Positions 11,783-22,261 of a DNA stretch of 64,000 nucleotides are shown here, in pieces (the first letter of the stretch is position 1; each line of letters begins with the position of its first letter). A program made the position numbers and the translations under genes. The notes beneath the pieces are model-generated. The model worked only from the letters and a program-made list of their open reading frames with translations. It was not told the DNA's origin and did not search any database. The DNA comes from Heterodontus francisci. Its lineage: Eukaryota. The stretch is from NCBI RefSeq assembly GCF_036365525.1, contig NC_090400.1:42764658-42828657 (forward strand), written 5' to 3'.

Positions 11783-14661
11783 TTCAGCAGGGGAATGGGA
11801 ACCTAAATTGTAGTGCCAGTGTACAGGATGTTGAGAGTAGTGAGGTAGGGGATAAGGTTACAGGGACGCAAGAGGGCACTGGCAAGCAAGAACTTGGTTT
11901 AAAGTGTGTCTATTTCAACGCCAGGAGCATCCGGAATAAGGTGGGTGAGCTTGCAGCATGGGTTGGTACCTGGGATCTCGATGTAGTGGCCATTTCGGAG
12001 ACATGGGTAGAGCAGGGGCAGGAATGGATGTTGCAGATTCCGGGATTTAGATGTTTCAGTAAGAACAGAGAAGATGGTAAAAGAGGGGGGGGTGTGGCAT
12101 TGTTAATCAAGGAGAGTATTACAGCGACAGAAAGGACGTTTGAGGACTCGTCTACTGAGGTAGTATGGGCCGAGGTTAGAAACAGGAGAGGTGAGGTCAC
12201 CCTGTTGGGAGTCTTTTATAGACCTCCGAATAGTTCCAGAGATGTAGAGGAAAGGATAGCGAAGATGATTCTCGACAGGGGCGAGAGTAACAGGGTAGTT
12301 GTTATGGGGGACTTTAACTTTCCAAATATTGACTGGAAATACTATAGTTCGAGTACTTTAGATGGGTCAGTTTTTGTCCAGTGTGTGCAGGAGGGTTTTC
12401 TGACACAGTATGTAGACAGGCCAACCAGGGGCGATGCCACATTGGATTTGGTACTGGGAAATGAACCCGGCCAGGTGTTAGATTTAGATGTAGGTGAGCA
12501 CTTTGGTGATAGTGATCACAATTCGGTTAGGTTTACCTTAGCGATGGGCAGGGACAGGTATATACCGCAGGGCAAGAATTATAACTGGGGGAAAGGAAAT
12601 TATGATGCGATTAGGCAAGATTTAGGATGCGTAGGATGGGGAAGGAAACTGCAGGGGATGGGAACAATCGAAATGTGGAGCTTATTCAAGGAGCAGCTAC
12701 TGTGTGTCCTTGATAAGTATGTACCTGTGAGGCAGGGAGGAAGTTGTCGTGCGAGGGAGCCGTGGTTTACTAAAGAAGTTGAAGCGCTTGTCAAGAGGAA
12801 GAAGAAGGCTTATGTTAGGATGAGACGTGAAGGCTCATTTAGGGCGCTTGAGAGCTACAAGCTAGCCAGGAAGGATCTAAAGGGAGAGCTAAGAAGAGCA
12901 AGGAGAGGACACGAGAAGTCATTGGTGGATCGGATCAGGGAAAACCCTAAGGCTTTCTATAGGTATATCAGGAATAAAAGAATGACTAGAGTTAGATTAG
13001 GGCCAATCAAGGATAGTAGTGGGAAGTTGTGTGTGGAATCAGAGGAGATAGGGGAAGTGTTAAATGAATATTTTGCGTCAGTATTTACAGTAGAGAAAGA
13101 AAATGTTGTTGAGAATACTGAGATTCAGGCTACGAGGCCAGATGGGATTGAGGTTCACAAGGAGGAGGTGTTAGCAATTTTGGAAAGTGTGAAAATAGAT
13201 AAGTCCCCTGGGCCAGATGGGATTTACCCTAGGATTCTCTGGGAAGCTAGGGAGGAGATTGCAGAGCCTTTGTCCTTGATCTTTATGTCGTCATTGTCGA
13301 CAGGAATAGTGCCGGAAGACTGGAGGATAGCAAATGTTGTCCCCTTGTTCAAGAAGGGGAGTAGAGACAGCCCTGGTAATTATAGACCTGTGAGCCTTAC
13401 TTCGGTTGTGGGTAAAATGTTGGAAAAGGTTATAAGAGACAGGATTTATAATCATCTTGAAAAGAATAAGTTCATTAGAGATAGTCAGCACGGTTTTGTG
13501 ACGGGTAGGTCGTGCCTCACAAACCTTATTGAGTTTTTCGAGAAGGTGACCAAACAGGTGGATGAGGGTAAAGCTGTGGATGTGGTGTATATGGATTTCA
13601 GTAAGGCGTTTGATAAGGTTCCCCACGGTAGGCTATTGCAGAAAATACGGAAGTATGGGGTTGAAGGTGATTTAGAGCTTTGGATCAGAAATTGGCTAGC
13701 TGAAAGAAGACAGAGGGTGGTGGTTGATGGCAAATGTTCATCCTGGAGTTTAGTTACTAGTGGTGTACCGCAAGGATCTGTTTTGGGGCCACTGCTGTTT
13801 GTCATTTTTATAAATGACCTGGAAGAGGGTGTAGAAGGGTGGGTTAGTAAATTTGCAGATGACACTAAGGTCGGTGGAGTTGTGGATAGTGCCGAAGGAT
13901 GTTGTAGGTTACAGAGGGACATAGATAGGCTGCAGAGCTGGGCTGAGAGATGGCAAATGGAGTTTAATGCAGAAAAGTGTGAGGTGATTCACTTTGGAAG
14001 GAGTAACAGGAATGCAGAGTACTGGGCTAATGGGAAGATTCTTGGTAGTGTAGATGAACAGAGAGATCTTGGTGTCCAGGTGCATAAATCCCTGAAGGTT
14101 GCTAACCAGGTTAATAGGGCTGTTAAGAAGGCATATGGTGTGTTAGCTTTTATTAGTAGGGGGGTCGAGTTTCGGAGCCACGAGGTCATGCTGCAGCTGT
14201 ACAAAACTCTGGTGAGACCGCACCTGGAGTATTGCGTGCAGTTCTGGTCACCGCATTATAGGAAGGATGTGGAAGCTATGGAAAGGGTGCAGAGGAGATT
14301 TACTAGGATGTTGCCTGGTATGGAGGGGAGGTCTTACGAGGAAAGGCTGAGGGACTTGAGGTTGTTTTCGTTGGAGAGAAGGAGGAGGAGAGGTGACTTA
14401 ATAGAGACATATAAGATAATCAGAGGGTTAGATAGGGTGGATAGTGAGCGTCTTTTTCCTCGGATGGTGATGGCAAACACGAGGGGACATAGCTTCAAGT
14501 TGAGGGGTGATAGATATAGGACAGATGTGAGAGGTAGTTTCTTTACTCAGAGAGTAGTAAAGGCGTGGAACGCCGTGCCTGCAGCAGTAGTAGATTCGCC
14601 AACTTTAAGGGCATTTAAGTGGTCATTGGATAGACATATGGATGAAAATGGAATAGTGTAG
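11758..14661 (+). CDS. CR1 ORF2, AP endonuclease + reverse transcriptase, uninterrupted (stop-to-stop frame; no AUG before the endonuclease)
   Basis: Frame open from 11758. Contains LKCVYFNARS, AISETW, GDFN, LDLV, SDH, KSPGPDG, YRPVSLTS, DFSKAFD, GVPQGSVLGP, KFADD. The ORF track calls 906 aa from GTG 11941. Confidence 0.93.
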   Translation, partial: CSSGGFKLIQQGNGNLNCSASVQDVESSEVGDKVTGTQEGTGKQELGLKCVYFNARSIRNKVGELAAWVGTWDLDVVAISETWVEQGQEWMLQIPGFRCFSKNREDGKRGGGVALLIKESITATERTFEDSSTEVVWAEVRNRRGEVTLLGVFYRPPNSSRDVEERIAKMILDRGESNRVVVMGDFNFPNIDWKYYSSSTLDGSVFVQCVQEGFLTQYVDRPTRGDATLDLVLGNEPGQVLDLDVGEHFGDSDHNSVRFTLAMGRDRYIPQGKNYNWGKGNYDAIRQDLGCVGWGRKLQGMGTIEMWSLFKEQLLCVLDKYVPVRQGGSCRAREPWFTKEVEALVKRKKKAYVRMRREGSFRALESYKLARKDLKGELRRARRGHEKSLVDRIRENPKAFYRYIRNKRMTRVRLGPIKDSSGKLCVESEEIGEVLNEYFASVFTVEKENVVENTEIQATRPDGIEVHKEEVLAILESVKIDKSPGPDGIYPRILWEAREEIAEPLSLIFMSSLSTGIVPEDWRIANVVPLFKKGSRDSPGNYRPVSLTSVVGKMLEKVIRDRIYNHLEKNKFIRDSQHGFVTGRSCLTNLIEFFEKVTKQVDEGKAVDVVYMDFSKAFDKVPHGRLLQKIRKYGVEGDLELWIRNWLAERRQRVVVDGKCSSWSLVTSGVPQGSVLGPLLFVIFINDLEEGVEGWVSKFADDTKVGGVVDSAEGCCRLQRDIDRLQSWAERWQMEFNAEKCEVIHFGRSNRNAEYWANGKILGSVDEQRDLGVQVHKSLKVANQVNRAVKKAYGVLAFISRGVEFRSHEVMLQLYKTLVRPHLEYCVQFWSPHYRKDVEAMERVQRRFTRMLPGMEGRSYEERLRDLRLFSLERRRRRGDLIETYKIIRGLDRVDSERLFPRMVMANTRGHSFKLRGDRYRTDVRGSFFTQRVVKAWNAVPAAVVDSPTLRAFKWSLDRHMDENGIV

Positions 14662-14883
14662 GTCAGATGGTTTCACAGGTCGGCGCAACATTGAGGGCCG
14701 AAGGGCCTGTACTGCGCTGTAATGTTCTAATTGTTCTAAAAAGCTATATTTTTATACAAAACTATTCGCTACTTCACTTGGAATGTTTGTTCAGTTACCC
14801 TTATGCTGTAATATCCAGTTAAAGTGTGGTTACTATCATGGTTCAGTTGAATCTTTTTTTGGCTCAATGATGCCTTAAGAACT

Positions 14884-14897
14884 GTTACCATGGCAAC
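14884..14897. promoter_or_regulatory. RFX X-box motif
   Basis: GTTACCATGGCAAC matches the GTNRCCATGGYAAC consensus and lies in non-repetitive sequence; function untested. Confidence 0.45.
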
Positions 14898-15934
14898 TGC
14901 TAATTACAAAGTAAATGCAGCATCAAAATGTCATTAATGGAGTAATTATGAACAAAGCTTTTACTTCAAATCATTTATAAAAATGATCAAGTTTTTTTTG
15001 TGTGGTACTGTACAACAAATGACTCAGAGACTATAACAGCTTAAATATTGCTTGCTGTAAATTAAGACAAGAGCTGGTGAATAAACTTGGAAATGTGATG
15101 AGTCAGTTGGCCTTCAGCAGGCTGAGCTCCAGCACAGCAAGGCTTGAGTCCAGATAGTCTAGCCAGATTTCCCTTTGGCATGGAAGGGGATGGTAGTTCA
15201 CTTTTTGTGATGGTAGTGGTGAATATGACTGCCATTTGAGATGGCTGTACTTACCCTTATTCACTTAATATTATTCATTATCATGAAAGAGTAAATTACA
15301 TAATATGCGACTAAGTATTATGGCTGTACACTGTCCAATAATGCTGCTTTGCTTGTATTGGAGAGCGTGGACTTTAGTATACGTGTCTTGCTTATAACAG
15401 CACCCCAGTTATTAAAGACGTCTTGTGGTTGTTACTCAGCACTAAACACCATGATGCTTGCCAACTGATGCTGTAGTTGGTGTTTTTCATGCTATATCTT
15501 TTGCTGAAATGTACCTTTTGAAGGTCTTGGTCATTTCTAACTTGGATGATCTTGATTTTTAATTATTTGGGAATGGGCAGATGTTGAGGTAAACAGGATG
15601 TTGTGTTAGTGTTAAGATTTTCTAACTTTTATTCTCATCTGGGCTCCATTGGCAAGAGGTAACAGTAGGCATATTGATCTACTGATAATGGCTGCTGAAC
15701 ATATCTTGTTTTTATTCTGGAGCGCTAAAGCAGATGACACTAAATATAGAGGTATTTATAGTTACTGCCAAGATGCAGGAAAATGTATTGATTGCAATGT
15801 ATGTAATCTTATTGCTTTCTCTATATATTTGTTCTCCAATTAATTATTTCTGTTGGGGAGTAGAACAAAATTCCTCTTCAAGAACCTAAGAAAAATGTTG
15901 CCACCTATCACCTCCCAGTGGTCAGATTGTGAGT

Positions 15935-16560
15935 TGTACAGGGCATCATACCTGTGCTACTTCCCTCCCTTTTTCCCTACAGGATTTTTTTTTGAAGTAT
16001 ATATCAAATTTCCTTCTGAAAGCTGTTCTAGAATATGCTTCCACCACCCTTTCAGGCAGTGCATTCCTGATCATAACATTCACCATCTTCCCTCTTTTTT
16101 TTTTTGCCAATTACCTTAATTCTGTATCCTCTGGTTTCTGACCTTCCTGTCAGTGGAAACAGTTTTGAAGACCTCTATTAAATCTCCCCTTAATCTTCTC
16201 TGCTGTAGGGAGAACAATTCCAGCTTCTCCAGTCTGTCCACAAAATTGAAGTCCCATCTGTGGTATCATTCTAGTAAATCGCCTCTGGATCCTCTCTGTA
16301 AGGCTTGAACATCCTTCCTAAAGCGTGGTGCCCAAAATTGGACACAATACTCCAGCTAAGGGTTAACAAGATTCATAAAGGTTTTGCATAACTTTCTTGT
16401 TTGTGTACTCTGTGCCTCTATTTATAAAGTCAAGGATCCCGTATCTGCTTTTAACAGCCTTATGAACTTGACATGCCACCTTCAAAGATTTATTTGTGAA
16501 CCCCCAGGATTTTTATTTTTGAACCCCCTTTAAAATTGCACCACTTAATTTATAATTATT
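15935..16560 (-). mobile_element. Old CR1 3' fragment
   Basis: ccaccaccctttcaggcagtgcattcc, ggagaacaattccagcttctcc, aaattggacacaatactccagc are antisense CR1 RT C-terminal sequence. Confidence 0.75.
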
Positions 16561-17359
16561 ACCTTCCCTATTATTTAAGTGTGGACTGAATGCAGAAAAC
16601 TAGAAAGAGTCCCATTCTGCCATTAATCTGCTAGATTTTCTTTGGAAAGCAATTTTTCAATGGGCAGGAGATGTGGTGGGAGAACCATCTCAAGTAGGTG
16701 GGCACTTCGTTTCACTATTTATTTGCGGAAATGTCAGATTTGTATGCCATTTTTCTCTCATTTTTGGCAGGCAGGATATCTGATGTAAAGGTACCCATTT
16801 TACATGAACACCCAAAGTTGCTTGGTAGCATTAAACATCTTAGAGGTTATAAAAAGGGAGCATTGTAAAGATGATTTTTTAAAAGCCGTTTCATTAGCCA
16901 GTTTTCTTGCGAGTTTGTTTTCTCTTGACCCTTAGCCCCATTGTCATGTGAGAGCCTAAATTCCTGTGTTGCTATTTCACAGGCAGAGAGTGTGTGAGCT
17001 TTGATTTTAGGATGTGGTATAACTGACAGAAATTTTTACCCGAATGTAAAGGCCAGTATTAGCTATTTTTTGAGTAGATTGTTTTCACGTGATTCCTTGC
17101 ACCTCACTAATGTTTTTATTATTCATTAAGCTGCATAATGCTGTCTATACAGTGCTTTGTATCTGCTTAATAACATTTGTCAAAGAAATGTTAAAACTAG
17201 TCAGTTTTTAAAGACTAACCCATAGTTGGAATGACTGTTGGTTCAGTGTAGCTGTTGTCTTCTATGGATATCTTAACAAAGTGGAAATTATTGATTAATT
17301 CCTCCATGACTTAAAACTTGGGTCATAAATATAACGGGTGCAGATTTTGTGGTGAATGT

Positions 17360-19250
17360 TCTAGAATCATTCTGGAATGCAAAAATAGCCCCCAGCTGCT
17401 TTTCTCCACTGTAAACCGTCTTCTTAAACCACTGTCCCCTGTCTCCTCAACCCTCACCTCCAACAATAAGTGCAAAAAGCCCATGGACAACTTTGTCACT
17501 AAGATAGAGACCATCCGATCAGCTGCCTCTGCCATGCCCCTCCATTCCACTTGCTCACCGGGCCAAACTTCCTCTGAAGCTCCCCCAGCCATAACTCTGA
17601 ACACTCATCTTTCTCTTGTTCCTCTCCTATCTTCCCTCATGTCCTCTGCAAGCTCATCTTATGCATGAGACCCAGCTCCGGCTCCCTCGACCCTATTCCC
17701 ACTAAACTGCTGACCATGCAACTTCCCTTCATGGTACCCACATTAGCCAATATTGGAAACGGTTCTCCCTCTCCTGGTGTCGTTCCCCTCTCCTTTAAAT
17801 GCATGGTCAAAATCTCTCTCTCAAAAAAATCCTTGACCCCACTGTCCTTGCAAACTATCACCCCATCTCCAATCTCCTTTTTCTCTCCAGTCCTTGAACG
17901 TGAAGTCACCTCCCAATTCTGTGCCCATCTTTTGCGGAACTCCCATGTTTGAATCCCTCCAGTCAGGTTTCTGCCCCTACCACTGTACCAAAATAGCTGT
18001 TATCAAAGTTACAAATGACATCCTATGTGACTGTGACAAAGGTAAACTTTCCCTCCTCATCCTTCATGACTTGTCTGCAGCCTTTGACACGGTTGACCAC
18101 ACCATCCTCCTCCAGTGCCTCTCCACTGTCGTCCTGCTGGGTGGGACTGCTCTCAACTGGTTCCTTTCTTCTCTATCTAATCACAGCCAGAGTATCACTT
18201 GCAATGGCTTATCTTCCTGCTCCTGCACTGTTGCCTCTGGTGTCTCCCAAAGATCTATCCTTGGCCCCCTCCTAATTCTCATCTTTATACTGCCCCTTGA
18301 TGAAATCATCCAAAAGCACAGTGTTAGTGTTCACATGTACACTGACAACACCGAGTTCTACCTCACCACCATTTCTCTCAACTCCTCCACTGTTGGAATA
18401 AGACTGCTGATCTGATATCCAGTATTGGATGAGTAGAAATTTACTCTAGTTAAGTACTGGAAAGACTGAAACCATTGTTTTCAGTCCCTACTCCAAACTC
18501 TTCCCTAGCTACTGACTTCATACCTCTCCCAAGCAACAGTCTGAGACTAAACCTGCCCGTTTGGTGTTATATTTGATCCCGAGATGAGCTTCCAACCACA
18601 TATTCATACCATTACTCATATCACCTTTCCACCTCCATAACATTGCCTGATTTTGCCTGCTTCAGCTCACCTGCTGCTGAAACTATGCCTTGGTTACCTC
18701 TAGACTTGACTATTCTAATGCACTCCTGGCTGGTTTCCCACATTCTACTCTCCATTAACTTGAGGTTATCCAAAACTCTGCTGCCCGTGTCTTAACTTGC
18801 ACTAAGTCTTGTTCCCCTATCACCCCTGTGCTCACTGACCTACATTGGCTCCTGGTCAAGCAACGTCTTGATTTAAAAAAAATTCTCATCCTTGTTTTCA
18901 AATCCTTCCATCTCCTCGCCCCTCCCTATTTATGCAATCTCCTGCAGCCCCACAACCCTCTTAGATATCTGTGCTTCTCTAATTCTGGCCTCTTGTGCAT
19001 CCCTGATTTTTATCGCTCCGCCATTGGTCACCACACCTTTGGTTGCCTAAGGCCCCATTCTCTGGAATTCCTTCTCTGTACTTCTCCTCTTTACCTTGCT
19101 TTCCTCCTTTTAAGATGCACCTTAAAACCTACCTCTTTGACCAAGCTTTTGGTCATCTGACTTAATATTTTCTTTTGTGGCTTGGTGTCATACTTTGTTT
19201 TATAATGCTCCTGTGAAGGGCCTTGGGACATTTCTTAACTTGTATAGTGC
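17360..19250 (+). mobile_element. Old L2-type LINE, RT region and 3' end
   Basis: LDPIPTKLL, QSGF, DLSAAFDTVDH, SGVSQRSILGPLL, HMYTDNT, LHWLLVKQRL; many stops and frameshifts. Confidence 0.88.
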
Positions 19251-22200
19251 CTTTAACGTTATAAAAATGAAGTAACTTTTCTTTCTGGTATGGTTTACCT
19301 TGAACATAGTTGTGTATCACCTACGCACTTTTGCAATTCTGACAGAACAATGTGTTTTACGTTATAAGTTGTGGTAATCATATTTTATCACAAATGAGCT
19401 TCTGTAATATGTAGTAGCCAGACTGAGGGGGTTATATTGTGGCATTTGGTGGTAAAGCAAAAGATGCTTGGATGACTTCATGCACAGAGTTCAACACTTA
19501 TTTTGCCTGCCAGACAAATAGAAAAATATTGCCAAAATAGCGCAACAAAAGCTTTGGATGAAGAAAAGACTTTCCGTGTTCTTGGTTCTTTATTGTTATG
19601 ATTATTAATGGGGATGACAACTTTAAAAAGAATTTAAAAAAAAAGTTAAACATTTGTTAACTGTGGACTGTAGCTGGTAATTAATAAAATGGGCACAGAT
19701 CTAGATTTATTCACATTTAGTCTTTATTCATGTTCACAACATCTGTATTGCCCATTGTCAATCAGGGCTGTGAAATATGGAGGCTATGAAGTAAATCCCA
19801 ACAAATAATTTTTAGTCTTGGGATTTCAAACACATGCATCTGACAGGAGACTGCAGCTATTTACTGTCGAGCCAACTTATTTTACGCTTGTCAGCGAAAT
19901 CAGAGAAGTGAAGTAGCAATGATAAAGCATTGCTTGAATATTTCTCAGAAAATATCTAACAAGAACCATTGAGCTCTAAAGGCCCATTGTTTTTAGATCT
20001 CCTTGTGTCACGGGTCATTCTGACATCAAGTGACTGGCCACATGATCTGCTTTTTGCAAATGCTGCTCTGATGCATCTGGTCGCTCCTTCATATCTGGAA
20101 CTTCATATTTCAGGAACTATTGTATGGCTGCTTATTGATGGAAAGCACTGATCTACCACCTGTATTTTGAAGAGTTTGACGACCAGGTCCATTTAGATAG
20201 CTGAAAACATTATTAGTTCAACATGGCAAGAAAATGAAGTAAACAGTAGCACCTTACTTTACCTCCTTTTATGTGGTTTCAAAAAAAAGTCAGCATTCTA
20301 TTTTGGGATACAATTTGACAGTCCTGCAATATACTGGCGTGTATGTTGTTGCTACATCAGATGTTAAAAAGCCACTATAATGTAGGAGCAAGAACAGGCA
20401 ACTCAGTTCATTCAGATTGCTTTGTTGTCCAAGTCCAGCTTTCGTTTTCTTATTTGTCACCCAAATCCATATCTTCCTTGTCTTTTTGCTTAATCATAAA
20501 TTGATTCCTCTTTGAACACGTCAGCTAATTCTCTATTTACTACACTATGACTCTTAAGTATGAGTTATCCCTTAAGTTCACTTTTTTAGCTTTCACTTGT
20601 AATTATGTTCCCTGATTCTCAATTTTTGTATAAAAATATATCTTTGCGACCACATTTTTTTGAAACTCACATTTTTTCAAAATAGGTTTGATTTTCTGTC
20701 TTCCCAGCTAAGTAATCCAAACCTTGCAATCATCTTTATTATCCCACTCTCAATTTGTTCTACTGTGCTTTTTTTCAGAAATATATGGCCACATCTGGAT
20801 GCATGACTCCCATTTGTGGTTTCAGTAATATTTTGTAGTGCCATATAATTTCTTTGAACTTAAGTTTTATGGTTCCCCTTTTATGTAGCAAACATTTTAC
20901 TTGCCTGTGCAATATTACATTGGTTATATTGAATGTTGGTAAGCTATTTTAATTTCTTTTGCTTGATTTTCCTCACTTAACAATATGCCTTATTTAAGAA
21001 AATATCAATTTCTTAACACGTTGCCGTCATCTTAAAACGAAATTCACCTCCACAGATTTTTTTTTTCTCTGCTTTTTCAAACTTCTGTATACTTTGATCT
21101 TGTCTGTAAACTGTCAAATTGTATCCTATTCAACTTCCAATACTTTAAAAAAAAATTTAAGATAATTTTATTCTCACCTTCTTTGTTGCCAGTTTTTTCT
21201 GACTTCCCCTTGTCTCTTGAAAGTGATGACATCTTGTTGAAGCATGGTTCCCTGAATGTTGGTTATCCTCTAAGACTTTTCTTTCTGATCCCCAAATTTT
21301 TCACTTTAATTATAAGTATCTTGTTAAGGAAGCACTACATTGCCATCATTCTACATAACTAAGATTTCATTAATTCAGATTCCTGCTTTCAAAAAGAAGT
21401 AATTTAATTTGCGTGGTCTTCATTTCATCAACCTGATTTTGGTGTAGCATAAATGTCTTCTACTCTTTTAAAATAAGCTTTCTTTGTAATAGATTTAACT
21501 TTTTCTTCCACTACATAAAATAATAGACTTTGGTTCCCAGGATCATGCTTCTGGCCTATTTGGAAAATTTGCACACATTAGCTTTTTTTCCATTCTTCAG
21601 GTATGGCCCCTCAGTTTAATGAACTACAAAAAATTCAGTTATTTGCCCTTACTTTTGACCTAATTTCCTTAAGCATTCTTGGATGAGGTCTAACCTATGG
21701 TTTATGAATACTATCGCACTAGTTTTTCTAATCAGTTAATTACTAATTTCCATTGTTTTACTCTCTGGACTTAGATTAATCTTCTCCCCTTTGAATTATT
21801 CCAAAAGGGTTACTATAATTTTCCCATCGTGAAAAGTACAGAAATAATTTATAATTTCTGCCATATTGTTTTGTTGATCTTTTGCCGCCTCTTTTAAGGA
21901 GCTGATAAATCTTTCAAATCAGTCTGTGGCTCCCCATGGACATTGAATCACAACAGTTACTCACAAGACTCTCGTTCATGAAACCATGTGAAAACATTCC
22001 TCTGCAATGTGATTCTTGTGACAGATTTTTATTTAATCTCCTCTAAGGTTGTATTATAGAGGGACATTCTTCTCGTTTATGCTCCCTGCATAATGTATGT
22101 TGATGAGGAAAACTGAATGAGATACATTGAAAAAAAGGACACAAAAAAACAAACAATATAAGGCTTTATTTAAGCAATAAAAAAATCCTGAAGGAATGTT

Positions 22201-22261
22201 TGCTTGTTTTCCTCTGACTCAGTTGTTGATGATGCAGTCCTTCCTGTTAACCTGCAAGAAC

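Larger units (their letters stand above)
11568..14737 (+). mobile_element. Young CR1 LINE, 5'-truncated within ORF1
   Basis: ORF1 end, intact ORF2, 3' UTR gggccgaagggcctgtactgcgctgt and (taatgttc)-like tail; inserted in an A-run. Confidence 0.97.
10259..14835. mobile_element. Fold-back/MITE-like element (~500 bp once nested insertions are removed) with long inverted arms
   Basis: Left arm 10259-10418 + 11335-11348 is the reverse complement of right arm 11495-11567 + 14738-14835, e.g. aactggatattacagcataaggataactgaacaaacattcc vs ggaatgtttgttcagttacccttatgctgtaatatccagtt. Confidence 0.85.

Noticed and set aside
20380-22000. AT-rich stretch with faint antisense CR1-like words
   Set aside because: Too decayed to delimit or assign by eye.
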